From: Octopus vulgaris
Taxonomy: Eukaryota
Assembly (NCBI GenBank): GCA_951406725.2
Contig: OX597824.1
Span: 84,258,001 to 84,322,000 of the forward strand
Direction of reading: 5' to 3'
DNA: 64,000 nt
Below the pieces are notes generated by a model. The model saw nothing but the letters and a program-made list of their open reading frames with translations. It had not been told where the DNA came from and searched no databases. The translations under genes were made by a program, and so were the position numbers. Below, one piece after another: positions 13,482 to 28,879 of the stretch. Positions within the stretch are counted from its first letter, which is position 1; the number at the start of each line of letters is the position of its first letter.

Positions 13482-14329
13482 ACCTCTAGTGGGATTTGAA
13501 CTTCAAACTTCAATGGGTGTATCATCTTCAATGTGGTTTTTTTAAATCCACTCTTCCATGCTGACATGGGTTGGACAGAGATTATTGAGACAGACTTTCT
13601 ACAGACGGATGCTCTTCCTGTTGCCTACTTTTGCCTGTTTCCAAGCAAGGTAATATTTCTCATGGCCATGCATGTTTTTGCAGGATATTCAAAATGAATG
13701 ACACCGCTTGAATAACTGTGATACTGATTTAAACTATGTTAAATCAAGGAAGTACAAACATACACACACATATATACATAGATTAATGTGTGTGTGTGTT
13801 TGTGTGTATATAGGCGTGGCTGTGTGGTAAGAAGCTTGCTTCCCAATCACATGGTTTCGGGTTCAGTCCCACAGTGTGGCACCTTGGGCAAGAGTCTTCT
13901 ACTATAGCCTTGGGCCAACCAAAGCCTTGTGAGTGGATTTGGTAGACAGAAACTGAAAGAAGCCCATTGTATGTATATATATGTGTGTGTGTGTGTGCGT
14001 GTGTGTCTGTAGCCACTACACACATTTTTTCTCTCCTTGTTTCTCTCCATGTTTCTTTCTGCGTTCCTTTCTGTAGAAGAGTGTAGGCTTGAAACATAAA
14101 AGACTTTTTCAATTCCTGAGCGTTATACTAATACATGCTTGTTTTCTACACTACCTGTCTTGACAATTGATATTGGTGTGTTTACATCCCTGTAACTTAG
14201 CAGTTCTTTAAAAGAGACTAGTAGAATAAGTACTAGGCTTACAAAGAATAAGCCCTGAGGTCGATTTGCTCAACTAAAGGCGGTGCTCCAGCATGGCTGC
14301 AGTCAAATAAATGACTGAAACAATTAAAA

Positions 14330-15147
<818 letters not shown>

Positions 15148-15150
15148 ATA

Positions 15151-15197
<47 letters not shown>

Positions 15198-15198
<1 letters not shown>

Positions 15199-15585
15199 AG
15201 GCGCAGGAGTGGCTGTGTGGTAAGTAGCTTGCTAACCAACCACATGGTTCCGGGTTCAGTCCCACTGCGTGGCGTCTTGGGCAAGTGACTTCTGCTATAG
15301 CCCCGGCCGACCAATGCCTTGTGAGTGGATTTGGTAGACGGAAACTGAAAGAAGTCTGTCGTGTATGTGTTTGTGTGTGTGTGTTTGTCCCCCTAGCATT
15401 GCTTGACAACCGATGCTGGTGTGTTTATGTCCCCGTCACTTAGCGGTTCGGCATAAGAGACCGATAGAATAAGTACTGGGCTTACAAAAAAGAATAAGTC
15501 CTGGGGTCGAGTTGCTCGATTAAAGGCGGTGCTCCAGCATGGCCGCAGTCAAATGACTGAAACAAGTGAAAGAGTAAAGAGTAAA
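15198..15585 (+). mobile_element. SINE family A copy
   Basis: Colinear with 354-752. Confidence 0.85.
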
Positions 15586-16149
15586 ACACGAAGTAAATAA
15601 TTTTTACTCTTTTCTACAATTCCTATTTCTACAATTCCTATTTCTACAATTCCTATTTCTACAATTCCATATGCATGCACACTCTAACACATACACAGAG
15701 TAGACAAAAATAAATGGATAATTCAAAGCACTGATAGTGTGGTCTATTACCAATATGATGTCCATTTTATGTAATAAATATATTATGTAATGAACATCAT
15801 AATTAATAACATTACATGAATTTGTTGCTATGCAACCACTCCATTTCATTAGGTGAAATTCTGCCAGATATTTTGGCAGAATGATATACTGTACACACAT
15901 GTACCAATTATACCTTTGATGCATACATGGAATTGCAGGATACCCAAAACCAGTAAGCAGCTGTTTAACTCTATGTGGACTGCTGTACTAAGCAGTTAAA
16001 TTACCTGGAATACTTAGTTTTGGAGCAATCTGTTTAACCAAAGATAGACAGAGGTGCTTCTAAGTTAATTTGCCAAGATCTATTTGTTCCCCTCTGAGTT
16101 ACTGTATATATATATTGGCTAAACTGGCAATATGACCATTCCGAAATAT

Positions 16150-16195
<46 letters not shown>

Positions 16196-16222
16196 TTTAT
16201 TTTAAGCAGCAGAAAATTCAAC

Positions 16223-16269
16223 AAAATCTGTTACTCTGAGTTTCTCGTTGCCGTTCATCAGACAGTTTT
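16223..16269 (-). ncRNA. Type I hammerhead ribozyme motif (inverted copy)
   Basis: Exact reverse complement of 16297-16343, in the left arm of the palindrome. Confidence 0.75.
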
Positions 16270-16296
16270 TGCTAGAAAAAAAAGCTCATTCTAGCA

Positions 16297-16343
16297 AAAA
16301 CTGTCTGATGAACGGCAACGAGAAACTCAGAGTAACAGATTTT
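16297..16343 (+). ncRNA. Type I hammerhead ribozyme motif
   Basis: CTGT-CTGATGA-aCG gcaa CGa-GAAA-CTC a GAG-TA-ACAG. Same family as 3114; A.A mismatch at the base of stem II. Confidence 0.75.
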
Positions 16344-16854
16344 GTTGAATTTTCTGCTGCTTAAAATAAAGCATATTACTCTACCACTGGTATTTGAGTA
16401 CTCTTTTTTCCACCTTGTTTCACATTTATGTGTTTACTCCGGTATATATATATATATATATGTGTGTGTGTATGTGTGTGTGTATACTTTTAAATTGAGG
16501 GTATAATCATTAAGATGATTATATCAGTGGCTAGTGTAGAAAAAATTACCATATAGGCACAGGAGTGGTTGTGTGGTAAGTAGCTTGCTTACCAACCACA
16601 TGGTTCTGGGTTCAGTACCACTTCATGGCATCTTGGGCAAGTGTCTTCTATTATAGCCTCGGTCCGACCAAAGCCTTATGAGTGGATTTGGTAGACAGAA
16701 ACTGAAAGAAGCCTGTCGTATATGTGTATATGTATGTGTGTGTTTGTGTATCTGTGTTTGTGTATCTGTGTTTGTCCCTCCAACATCACTTGACAACTGA
16801 TGTTGGTGTGTTTACATCCCCGTTACTTAGCGGTTCGGCAAAGAGACTGATCGT

Positions 16855-18690
16855 TGTCCATAGTTATCTTCTTTCTCTTTGGTTTTTCAAAGAAATATTC
16901 ACATCAGCACGACAACTGAGATCTATGACAGCACATACTTTTCCTTGTCTGGTTCCAAACAAAAATATCTGGCCTATGCTTACACTTGACAGATGTTTTG
17001 ATAGGAATGTTCTAATATTCCTTATGCTGGTATTTGTGTACATATTCAATAACAGCGGGGTTCTCTATATTTATTCCAGAACAGTCTTTTTTCTGAACGG
17101 CATTTTATATTGTTTTGCAACATCATGTTGCGTAGGGTGGTAGTACCTTGATGACATTTTTGGACAGCTGCTAACCTCATGTGTGATGTCTTCCACAGAA
17201 ATATGACATAATCTACCTTTATGGTTGCATCTTAGAACTTCAAAGCCTTCACTGTCTCTCTTGTTGATTAGGTATTTAGTAGCAATCTCTTGTTCTTGGA
17301 TTGTTCTAGCCTTCAAAGTGTCATGTGATGTTGTGGTCATGAGTCCAAGGGAAGCTTTGAATCATGTCAATGTTGCTATCAACTTTAACTCTACAAGAAA
17401 CATACCTGAGCATGGTCCTTTTTGGGGCTACACTGAGCGTTTCACTTCCAGGTCTTCTTCGAGGTATACTTATCCAACTGATTTGGGGTTGTATGGGAGT
17501 ACTTCCTGAAAAGCTCATTTCCAACACATAGGATATTGTTTCCTTCACTTTTCAGCATTAAATTAATGTATTTATTTTTGAAACACACCATTCGAGCGTG
17601 ATCGTTACCACGTCGCCTTACTAACACTTGTGCTGGTGGCACGTGAAACATTCGAGTGAGGTCGTCGCCAGTGCCGCTGGACTGGTTCCTGTGCAGGTGG
17701 CACATAAAAAGCACCATTTGGGCATGGCTTTTGCCAGTTCCACCAAACTGGCCCTCGTGCCGGTGGCACGTAAAAGCATCCACGACACTCTTGGAGTGGT
17801 TGGCGTCAGGAAGGGCATCCAGCTGTAGAAACTCTGCTAGATCAGATTGAAGCCTGGTTCGCCAGACCTCAGTCAAACCGTCCAACCCATGCTAGCATGG
17901 AAAGCGGATGTTAAATGATGATGATGATGATGATGATGATGATGTTTAGCAAGTGTTGTCTGAGAGAGACTATGTGACATTCGAAGGCTGTCTGCACTGA
18001 TCTGAAGCCTCTACCTCCTTTATCTCTTCTTATTGGAAGCACTCCGTCGGTTACGACGACGAGGGTTCTGGTTGATCTGAATCAACAGAACAGCCTGTTC
18101 GTGAAATTAACGTGTAAGTGGCTGAGCACTCCACAGACACGTGTACCCTTAATGTAGTTCTCAGGGATATTCAGCGTGACACAGAGAGTAACAAGTCCGG
18201 CCCTTTGAAATACAGGTACAACAGAAACAGGAAGTAAGAGTGAGAGAGAGTTGTGGTGAAAGAGTACAGCAGGGATCACCACCATCCCCTGCCGGAGCCT
18301 CGTGGAGCTTTAGGTGTTTTCGCTCAATAAACACTCACAACGCCCGGTCTGGGAATCGAAACCGCGATCCTATGACCGCGAGTCCGCTGCCCTAACCACT
18401 GGGCCATTGCGCCTCCACATCTCTTCTTATGTAGAGCCTGTCAATACTATTTTTGTGGAGATTTCCAGTTGATGTTAGAATCTTGCAGATTTTAATGTCT
18501 ATGGAGCAGATTTCTTCTACAGACCAGTCAAGTATCCCAAATGTTGGAATCAGCACTGGTACTGCAAATGCATTGTGGGATATTGTCTTGTTGTAAGAGT
18601 AGATTTCGGACTGCCATATTTTTCTTAGTCTGGTGTTATATTCATAGGCAACTCTATCTTTTTTCACTGTACCTTGGTATGATATATTAT
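16855..18690 (-). mobile_element. Decayed R4/Dong-clade non-LTR retrotransposon (post-RT, zinc knuckle, restriction-like endonuclease), split by two SINEs
   Basis: [18 protein letters not shown]...DRLYIRRD|KGGRGF; RLCHISVEDITHEVSSC...HD; RPDIFVW...CAVIDLSCRADVN. Frameshifts and stops throughout. Confidence 0.8.
18034..18418 (-). mobile_element. SINE family B copy inside the R4/Dong ORF
   Basis: 12-bp TSD atctcttcttat (18022-18033/18419-18430). Confidence 0.9.
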
Positions 18691-18730
18691 TTATCTATCT
18701 ATCTATCTATCTACCTACTTACCTACCTAC

Positions 18731-18789
<59 letters not shown>

Positions 18790-18910
18790 CCTACCTACCT
18801 ACCTACCTACCTACCTACCTACCTACCTATCTATCTATCTATCAATCTATCTAACTGTCTGTCTGTCTGTCTATTTATTTATCTATCTATGAATCTGTCT
18901 ATTTTATCTT

Positions 18911-18959
<49 letters not shown>

Positions 18960-18961
18960 AT

Positions 18962-19011
<50 letters not shown>

Positions 19012-19012
19012 C

Positions 19013-19049
<37 letters not shown>

Positions 19050-19086
19050 AGAATTGTAAAAATCGACACTGCTTAGCAAAACCATA

Positions 19087-19126
<40 letters not shown>

Positions 19127-19300
19127 TTTACGAAAAAAAGTTACAAAGACGGAGACAGGTGGTGTACAAAACAAACAGATATATTAGTATAACGCTCAGT
19201 AATAGAAAAAGTCTTTTACATTTCAAGCCTACACTCTTCTACAGAAAGGTACACAGAAAAAACAAGGAGAGAAAAAAAATTGTATAGTGGCTAACGATCT

Positions 19301-19341
<41 letters not shown>

Positions 19342-19391
19342 TGAATATGTGTGTATATATATCTATATCTATATATAAATATATATCATAA

Positions 19392-19454
<63 letters not shown>

Positions 19455-19619
19455 TAAAAGTATACTATATGCGCTGCTTTTGTCCATGTAAACACCTGTA
19501 ATCTGTTTTTGTGTGTGTGTGTGTGTATCTATGTATGATCTTCTTTAACCAGAAGTAATGGTCACATCAATCAAAGACAAAGAGATGAGTGGATATTAGT
19601 GTGTGTGTATTTACATGTG

Positions 19620-19750
<131 letters not shown>

Positions 19751-20079
19751 ATTCACTATTTCCTGCTATATTGTTCAGCTGCTATTTTAGTGTTTACCAT
19801 TCCCATTTCACTTCAGAACAAGACTGCTATCTCTCTATTTCTTTCCCTCTATCTATCTGTATTTCCATTTAACCACCTACCTATCTCCTGTCTGCCTACC
19901 TATCTATTTATCAATCTAACTCCTACCTTACCTAACTGCAGGCCATGTTGAATGAGGCCAGGTTGTAACAACACACAAAAGCTATATTTTTCCTCAGATA
20001 TAAAAATAGAGAGTGGGAGGTTGGAATAGATTCCTGATTCTAAATAATTTATTGTATATCTAACGCCGTTATTATCATT

Positions 20080-20320
20080 GTCACCACCGTCACCACCATC
20101 TCAACCATCACCACCATCTCAACCATCACCACCATCACCATCACCGCCATGTCGACCATCACCACCATCTCAACCATTACCACCATCTCAACCATCACCA
20201 CCATCTCAACCATCACCACCATCTCAACCATTACCACCATCTCAACCATCACCACCATCTCAACCATTGCTACCATTTCAGCCATCACCACCATCTCAAC
20301 CATCACCACCATCTCGACCA
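20080..20320. repeat. 18-bp minisatellite (ccatcaccaccatctcaa)n followed by (CAT)n
   Basis: About 12-13 units visible. Confidence 0.92.
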
Positions 20321-20457
20321 TTTTCCACCATCACCACCTCTATTTATACCACCACTATCACCACCAGTACCAGTGTCATCATCACCATCTCTACTATCAT
20401 CACCACCACTACCAACCATGACCACCACCACCGCCATCACTATCATCACTACCTCCG

Positions 20458-20493
<36 letters not shown>

Positions 20494-20851
20494 CCCGCTA
20501 CCACCATTCACCATCAATCACTATTATGATTTTTCATCACTGCCACCATAATGATGATAATAAGGGAGGAGACGATGGTGATGACTGTATTGATGATGAT
20601 GATGATGATGATGGTTGTTAGCAGTGGTAGTGGTGGAAATGGTGATAGCAGCAAGGTGGTAGTGGAGATGGTGGTGGTGATGATGATGATGATGATGAGT
20701 CTATTAATGTACAACAGTCTTAAAAACAAACCTCACAGATGCAGGTCACTTGTCTAAATCTCCCTCTTGAAGCAGTGGTGGTGGTTAAACAAGCACATTA
20801 ACCACTGACTATATATATATGTATATATATATATACACATACATATATATA

Positions 20852-20891
<40 letters not shown>

Positions 20892-21439
20892 CATACATAC
20901 ATATATATATATAAAAAAAAAAATATATATATATATATATACATACATCAATAAATACTCTAATATTGCACTATTACCTAGATACAATGAGATGATTATA
21001 GCTGGAAGGCTTTTGATCATTTGCTTGCTGGATCGAGTTGAACCTAGGGTTAAACAACACCAATTTTGCAGTGGTCTTAGATTTATATATATGTATGTGT
21101 ATGTATGGATATCACACATATATATATATATATAAATGTGTGTGTGTGTATACACACAACTCACATACACATGGACACACACACATGTACACACACTTGA
21201 TGGACTTCTTTCAGTCTACATCTACCAAATTCACTCACGAGGCTTTGGTCAGCCTGTTACTATAGCAATGGACACCTGCCCAAGGTGCCATGCTGTTAGA
21301 CTGAACCAAGAACCATGCGATTCAGAAGTAAACTTCTTACCACACAGCCACACTTGCGTGTAGTATGTCATCACTAAAAAAGCAGTTGTCATCGCAGGGA
21401 TTTGGATTATCATCACCACAGCCAAAAAAAAGAGCTTAA

Positions 21440-21892
21440 GAGATTTGTGCAAATGTAAAAATGATGTTGGCTCATTTTTTCCCTTTTGACTGAAATGACG
21501 GCGGTATTTTGGTACCTGGGGAGAGTTTCAACAAATTCGTGGAGGGCTTCACAAAGAACATAAAACTGGTGAAATGATGTCGGCTACATGAAAGCCCACC
21601 TACCATAATGGACTATGAGAGACTAAAAAGAAAATTTCAATTGTAATTTTTGTGAAATTCATTTATGAAAAATTGTCAAAATTGTCAAAATTGTCGAAAT
21701 GTATCCACTCGACTTCAGGGGTCGAGTGGGCATTGGGCCTCATTTATCTCTTTTCATATTTTCATTCACTTTCTTTAATTTTTTCATTTTTATTCATCTT
21801 CTTTTTGTATTTTAAGTTCCCCGAGTTTATGTTTGTCTTGTTTGTATTGTCCCATTCTGTGTATAGCCCCTTATGGGTAATAAAAAAAAAAT
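21440..21892 (+). mobile_element. 3' end of an A-tailed retroelement (probably LINE)
   Basis: T-rich UTR ending gtatagccccttatgggtAATAAAaaaaaa, with a hairpin ccactcgac-ttcagg-ggtcgagtgg. A related end lies on the minus strand at ~25280-25560. Confidence 0.45.
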
Positions 21893-22007
21893 CATTTTTT
21901 TCCCTTTTCTTGGCTGGAAGGCCATCATTCATTTTGAGCATGTTTTATGGGGTCAGATGATTGACAAAAAATTTTACTTGGTAGTTCTAAGGTACTTGTG
22001 TGAGACC

Positions 22008-22146
22008 GTGCAAAGGAAGAGCTATACAATGACAGTGTAAAGGAAGAGCTATACAATGACAGTGTAAAGGAAGAGCTATACAATGACAGTGTAAAGGAAG
22101 AGCTATACAATGACAGTGTAAAGGAAGACCTATGCAATGACAGTGA
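22008..22146. repeat. 27-bp minisatellite (gtaaaggaagagctatacaatgacagt), ~5 copies
   Basis: Directly visible. Confidence 0.95.
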
Positions 22147-22519
22147 AGGCACATGGCACAGCGGTTAGAGCATCGGGCTCACAATCATGAAGTAGTGAAT
22201 TCAATTCCCAGACCGGGCTGTGTGTTGTTGTGTTCTTGAGCAAGACACTTTACTTCACGTTGCTCCAGTTCACTCAGCTGTAAAAATGAGTTGTAACATC
22301 TCTGGTGCCAAGCTGTATCGGCCCCCTTTGCCTTTCCCTTGGATAACATCGGCAACATGAAGAAGGGAGGCTGGTATGCATGAGCAACTGCTGGTCTCCC
22401 ATAAACAGCCTTGCTCAGACTTGTGCCTCGGAGAGTAAAAATGATTCTGTCTGTCCACCACGTTCTGCAGCCGACAGGTTGATGTGTGTATAACTTAATT
22501 GGAAGATTACATTCTACAC

Positions 22520-22835
22520 CTGTCTCTCTCTCATTCTCTCTCTCTCTCTCTCTCTTCTTCTGTCTCTCTCTCTCTCACACTTCTCTTTCTTCTCTCTCTC
22601 TCTCTCTTACTCTCTCCCTCTCACTTCTCTCTCTCTTACTCTCTCCCTCTCACTTCTCTCTCTCTTACTCTCTCCCTCTCACTTCTCTCTCTTACTTTCT
22701 CCCTCTCACTTCTCTCTCTCTTCCTCTGTCTCTCTCTCACACACTTATCTTTCTTCTCTCTCTCTCTCTCACTTCTCTCTCTCTCTTACTCTCTCCCTCT
22801 CACTTCTCTCTCTTCTCTCTCTCTTACTCTCTCTT

Positions 22836-22882
<47 letters not shown>
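22520..22882. repeat. (CT)n-rich polypyrimidine tract
   Basis: Directly visible. Confidence 0.95.
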
Positions 22883-22885
<3 letters not shown>

Positions 22886-23251
22886 ACACACACACACACA
22901 AACACACACATAAAGACACCTCTCACACATGCATGCAACTACCATACACACATATATTTTACAATTTTCACACACACACACACACATGCTTATATGTACC
23001 TTCATGCCACCTGTGTATATTTACTGTCTACTTTACCTCCTACACACCTGTCTCCATATTAACACCATCTTTCTTACTCCTACTCCACCTCTCACACATA
23101 CAATACAATCATCTTGAGTTTAAATTTTAAAGGGAAAAAAAATGGTACCCAACTTTCAGCTGTTGTGTGGGTTTGACAGAAAACATACAAAATATTAGAC
23201 AAATACTCCTTGAGATATCACATGACTCTTTTATCATACAATTACTACTCT

Positions 23252-23326
<75 letters not shown>

Positions 23327-23964
23327 TTATTTATATTTATGTATATATGTGTATATATGTATATTCGTGTATGTACGTATGTATATATATGTATATACAT
23401 ATATGTATGTATATATATATGCATATACATATATGTATATATGTACATGTATATACATTATGTATTTATGTATATGTGTGTATATATATGTATCTATATA
23501 TATATATGTATATATATATGTATATATATATATATATATACGTCTATATAACGGGAAGCTTTATGAAAATAGACAAAAGACGAAGGCAGGTTTACGGAAA
23601 TAAACAAAACAGAAAAATATATACATTAATATACATGCATATATATACATACATATATATACATACACACACATACATACATATATATATATATATACAC
23701 ACACACATACATACATATATATGTATATGTAGCCAGCTGTGTTTCCTACTTGATGCAAATACATCATGGAAAGACAAATTTCCTACAGTATTCATTCAGA
23801 GATAATTTCACTCTTATGGACATGCTGTGTTCAAGACACAAAAACATTTCAGAGGCAGTCGAAAATGAATGCTTAAAAAAATGTTTAAATGGTGTTAGCA
23901 ATGGAGGTTTAAGAAGCATATATATATATCTACATTTGAGTTCCTCGCATTGTTATCCTCTTTT

Positions 23965-24275
23965 TCAACCTCCTCAACCTGCACCTGCTCCTCTTCTTCC
24001 CCCTCCTCCTCTTCCACCTGCTCCTCTTCCTCCTGCTCCTTCTCTTCCTCCTGCTCCTCCTCTTCCTCCTCCTGCTCCTCTTCCTTCTTCCTCCTCCTCC
24101 TCCGCTTCCTCCTGCTCCTCTTCCTCTTCCTCCCCTTCCTCCTCATCCACCTGATGCTCCTCTTCTCCCTCCTCCTGCTGCTGCTCTTCCTCATCATCAT
24201 CCTCCTCCTCCTCCTGCTGCTGCTCCTCCTCCCCCTGCACCTCCTCCTCATCCTCCTTATCATCATCATCATCAT
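23965..24275. repeat. (CCT)n-rich low-complexity tract
   Basis: Directly visible. Confidence 0.93.
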
Positions 24276-24569
24276 CTCTAAGCTGGTCTTCTGCACAGTT
24301 TCCATCTACCAAAAATTCCACTTTTTGAGTTTTTGACGAACCTGAATCTACGGAAGAAGACATTTGTCCAATGTGCTGCTCACTGGGATTGATCTCGAAA
24401 GCACACGGTAGTGTGGTTGTAAGATTTTTGAATGCATACCTGTAGATATTTGTAGTGATAACGGAAATCATCATCACTATCATCATCACCATCCTCATGA
24501 TCATCATCACCATCATTGTCATTAAAATATAAAATAAAAGAAATAATTATTATTCTGTTGGTCTGGAAA

Positions 24570-24620
<51 letters not shown>

Positions 24621-24761
24621 CATCATTATTACCATTATTATTATTATTATCATTATTACCATTATTATTATTATTATTATTATTACCATTATTATTATTA
24701 TTATTACCATTATTATTATTATTATCATTATTACCATTATTATCATTATTATTATTATTAC

Positions 24762-24794
<33 letters not shown>

Positions 24795-24845
24795 TATTAT
24801 TATTATTATCATTATTACCATTATTATCATTATTATTATTATTAC

Positions 24846-24905
<60 letters not shown>

Positions 24906-24910
24906 TATCA

Positions 24911-24941
<31 letters not shown>

Positions 24942-24944
24942 TAC

Positions 24945-24983
<39 letters not shown>

Positions 24984-25091
24984 CATTATTACCATTATTA
25001 TCATTATTATTATTATTACTATTATTATTATTATTACCATTATTATTATTATTATCATTATTACCATTATTATTATTATTATTATTATTAT
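24570..25091. repeat. (TAT)n/(CAT) array
   Basis: Directly visible. Confidence 0.97.
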
Positions 25092-25566
25092 TTGGTTCTT
25101 GTTTGTCCTTTCTTCCCTTCCTTTGTAAGGATTACATCCCTGATAAATACCTCTTTATTTATTCATGACTTACAGATAGCTAATTACCGAAATCTTTTGA
25201 TGGAATCTTCATAAAGGATTGTTGTATTGTAAACTGTCTCTGTAACTAGGCGACTAAATAATAATATAATAATAACGATTTTTTTCTTCTTATTGGCCAC
25301 AAGGGGCCAAGTCATTGAGAACACTACAAAGAAAAAAATATAAAAATAGGAAAAAGGAAAAAAGGACAACAGCGGGAGAAGATATCCGCACAGAATAAAA
25401 GAGTGAGATCGATAATAACAATAAAGACACGTTAATAAACAGATAATAGTAACTAGTAATAACAATGTATAGCACAACGGTATAACAATGAAGAGAGGTG
25501 GGGAATTACATGGAGTGAAAAGGTGAAGTTGGTGATATTAGTAAAGATGGTGATAGACAACAATAA

Positions 25567-25626
<60 letters not shown>

Positions 25627-25646
25627 GTATATATGCATATATATAT

Positions 25647-25706
<60 letters not shown>

Positions 25707-28488
25707 TAAGTATAGGAAAGAATGGAGCTGAACGAAGATTTAACAAAATTCCTTTATTTTATTTTTGACATATGTTTCGAAGTCAGCAAAATCCCTAATT
25801 CCAAATGAATAAGGAGTCCATTATGCAGTCCTGTTGTGAGTTTGCTACCCAGGTATCGGTTATCTTTCGAATTATCTGTAATAAGATAATTCATTTGTCT
25901 ACTTAAATACTATATATATATATATGTATGTATATATATATATATGTATGTATATGTATGAAATGAAGGAAATGACAAAGGAATTGGAAATTATGCAATG
26001 AACTTCATTAGCTTACAGCTGTTTCTGCTGTGAGTGGATCTGGTGCACAGAAACTGAAAGAAGCTTCTCATGTATATGTACATATTATGTATATATATTG
26101 TAGAAACACTGCCAGATCAGACTGGGCCTGGTGCAGCCTTCTGGCTTCCCAGTCCCCAGTTGAACCATCCAACCCAGGCTAGCATGGAAAGCAGACGCTA
26201 AACGATGAACGATGATATATATGTATACACACACACACAGATATATATACATACATATATATACACACACACATATATATATAGGCATAGAAGTGGCTGT
26301 GTGGTAAGTAGCTTGCTTACAAACCACATGGTTCCGGGTTCAGTCCTACTGTGTAGCACCTCGGACAAGTGTCTTCTACTATAGCCTTGGGCTGACCAAA
26401 TCCTTGTGAGTGGATTTGGTAGATGGAAACTGAAAGAGGCCCATCATATATATGTGTATATATATGCCGCTAATTTTACAACTGGCTGCTTTTCCACAGT
26501 TATAAAAACAAGAACTCTGTCAGTGAGTGTGAACATTATTATTGCACTTTCTTCATTTCATTCTTAAACATTAAACACTTCATTCATATATTTATATACA
26601 TATATATACTACATTTATATATTACCTTTAATAAATTAGCCTTCATTAAGTTCACCTTTAAAATACCTTGATGAGTCACACTTTCTCACCAACGAGCTTC
26701 TTTCAGTTTCTGCCTACCAAATCCACTTACAAGGTTTGGTCAGCCTGAGGTTATAGTATAAGACACTTACCCAAAGTAGCATGCAGAGGGACTGAAACTG
26801 GAACCATGTGTTTTGGAAGCAAGCTTCTTACCACCTAGCCATGCCTGGTCTGCACCTATATATATATATATAATTTCATTTACAGGAAGTGTTTGTTACA
26901 TTTTAAGCAATCTTAATATCACATTTTTTTTGTTCTATTTTGTTGGCCTAAATTTATTTTTTTTTGGAAGCAACTTAATAAAGCTATTTTTGTATTTTAT
27001 TATATCTTGTTCTATCAAATTCTAAAACCGTTTAAAAATCAGTGGCATTCATATAAGTGTTCTTTCCTTCTCCCACCTACGCAACTATTTTTTTTTTGTT
27101 TTGTTGTTTAAAAAAAACAATGTGGTCTTTACATCTATGAATTTGTGTTGCAAGATTCCTGATGTGAAACCATGTGTTGAAACAAATATTATTTATATTC
27201 CTGGATGGTCATTTTTAAAAAGAAATTTTTTTTTTTTCAACCAGATAAACACACACACCTTATATTCGTTCTTCACTTGTTTATTACTGTTCTTATTTTA
27301 ACTGATGTCCATTGTCTGGAATTCTTTCATCACACATCTGTGACCTCTTCAGCAACCCTTTCTGTCCATGTGTATGCTCCTGCTCCACTTAGTCCTTTCT
27401 GTGTTTCTATGATGTGGTATCCTTGCATTTTGTATAGTTTGAACATCAGAAGTACAGGAACTGTAGAATTTATTGTTAATTTTTTTTTTGTTCAGTAATA
27501 GAAGTGATACATCATCATCATCATCATAATCATCATCCCCGTAACATTAGCGGTTCGGCAAAAGAGCCCAATAGAATAAGTACTTGGCTTACAAAGAATA
27601 AGTCTTGGGGTCAATTTGCTTGACTAAAGGTGGTGCTCCAGCATGGCCGCAGTCACATAGCTGAAACAAGTAAAAGAGTAAATATGTATTTGTGTGTGTG
27701 TGTGTCTTGGTAAAAGAGACTGACTAAGTACTAAGTGCTGGGGTCGATTTGCTCGACTAAAGGCAATGCTCCAGCATGGCCGCAGTCATATGACTGAGTT
27801 CAAATAAAAGAAAAAAAGAATCCTGTAATGGATGTATTAGCTTTCAGAGCAATGAAAGCATAGTGCATTCATTAAGGAACACACAATGCATTATACAGCA
27901 TTGTGCTGTTTCGCTTTCTGAAAGCTTCAAATCCTGGTTTTATTAAGAATGGTAATGTAATTACAAATGCAAACAGAATATATTTATTTACTTCAAATGC
28001 AAATAAAATATATTTATGTACATTTTTTTCTTTTAATAATAATGCATGAATATTAGAAAATTGATATTAAACAGCTGGAAAATCCCTTAACCTTAATCAT
28101 TTTCTAGCCAGATTTTTATTTCATTTTTGCAGATTCTGAATCTGTGATGTTTAAACTGTTAAAAATCAAAAAAACTATTTTTGTTTTTTTGGGGTTTTTT
28201 TTTTTTCAAAAAGAGAGAAAAGGATACAAAAGATTACATGAAGAGGATAGAGTAAAAAAAAAATACAACATGCTTAAACAAGAATATTCCAAATTAACTG
28301 ATGTTTGAATTTATAAAAAACGTGGACCACAATACATTAATATAATGGTGCATGCATTTATTCATATATATATATATATATATATGTTGTGTGTGTGTGT
28401 GTGTATGTATATATATATATATATATATACATACACACACACACACACATGTATGTATATATATATATATATATATACACACACAATA

Positions 28489-28570
<82 letters not shown>

Positions 28571-28599
28571 ATATATATTTATATATACATACATACATG

Positions 28600-28637
<38 letters not shown>

Positions 28638-28879
28638 CACACACATACATACATACTTGTATATACTCATATATATAAGTATGTATACACACACACACAC
28701 TCATTATATCTCATGGATTTTCCACAGTTACAACTAGTTTCAAAACCATTGTTATAAACAAATTTACATCACACATAAAAAAAAAAGCAAGTATGAAAAA
28801 AAACAAAAAAAAATAATTTACTTGAAATTACTATTTATTTGATTTATTAGAACTTTATTGAAAATTATTCATTTAAAAC

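Larger units (their letters stand above)
16195..16442. mobile_element. Fold-back pLTR-like element: perfect 83-bp inverted repeat plus unique tail, in (TA)n
   Basis: Arms 16195-16277 and 16289-16371 with an 11-nt spacer. The right arm continues into the tail shared with 3111-3260. Confidence 0.8.

Noticed and set aside
22008-22146. CRISPR-like 27-bp repeats
   Set aside because: Head-to-tail with no spacers; eukaryotic context.
23895-24522. Acidic, Gly-rich or Pro-rich ORFs
   Set aside because: (CCT)n low complexity open in several frames on both strands.
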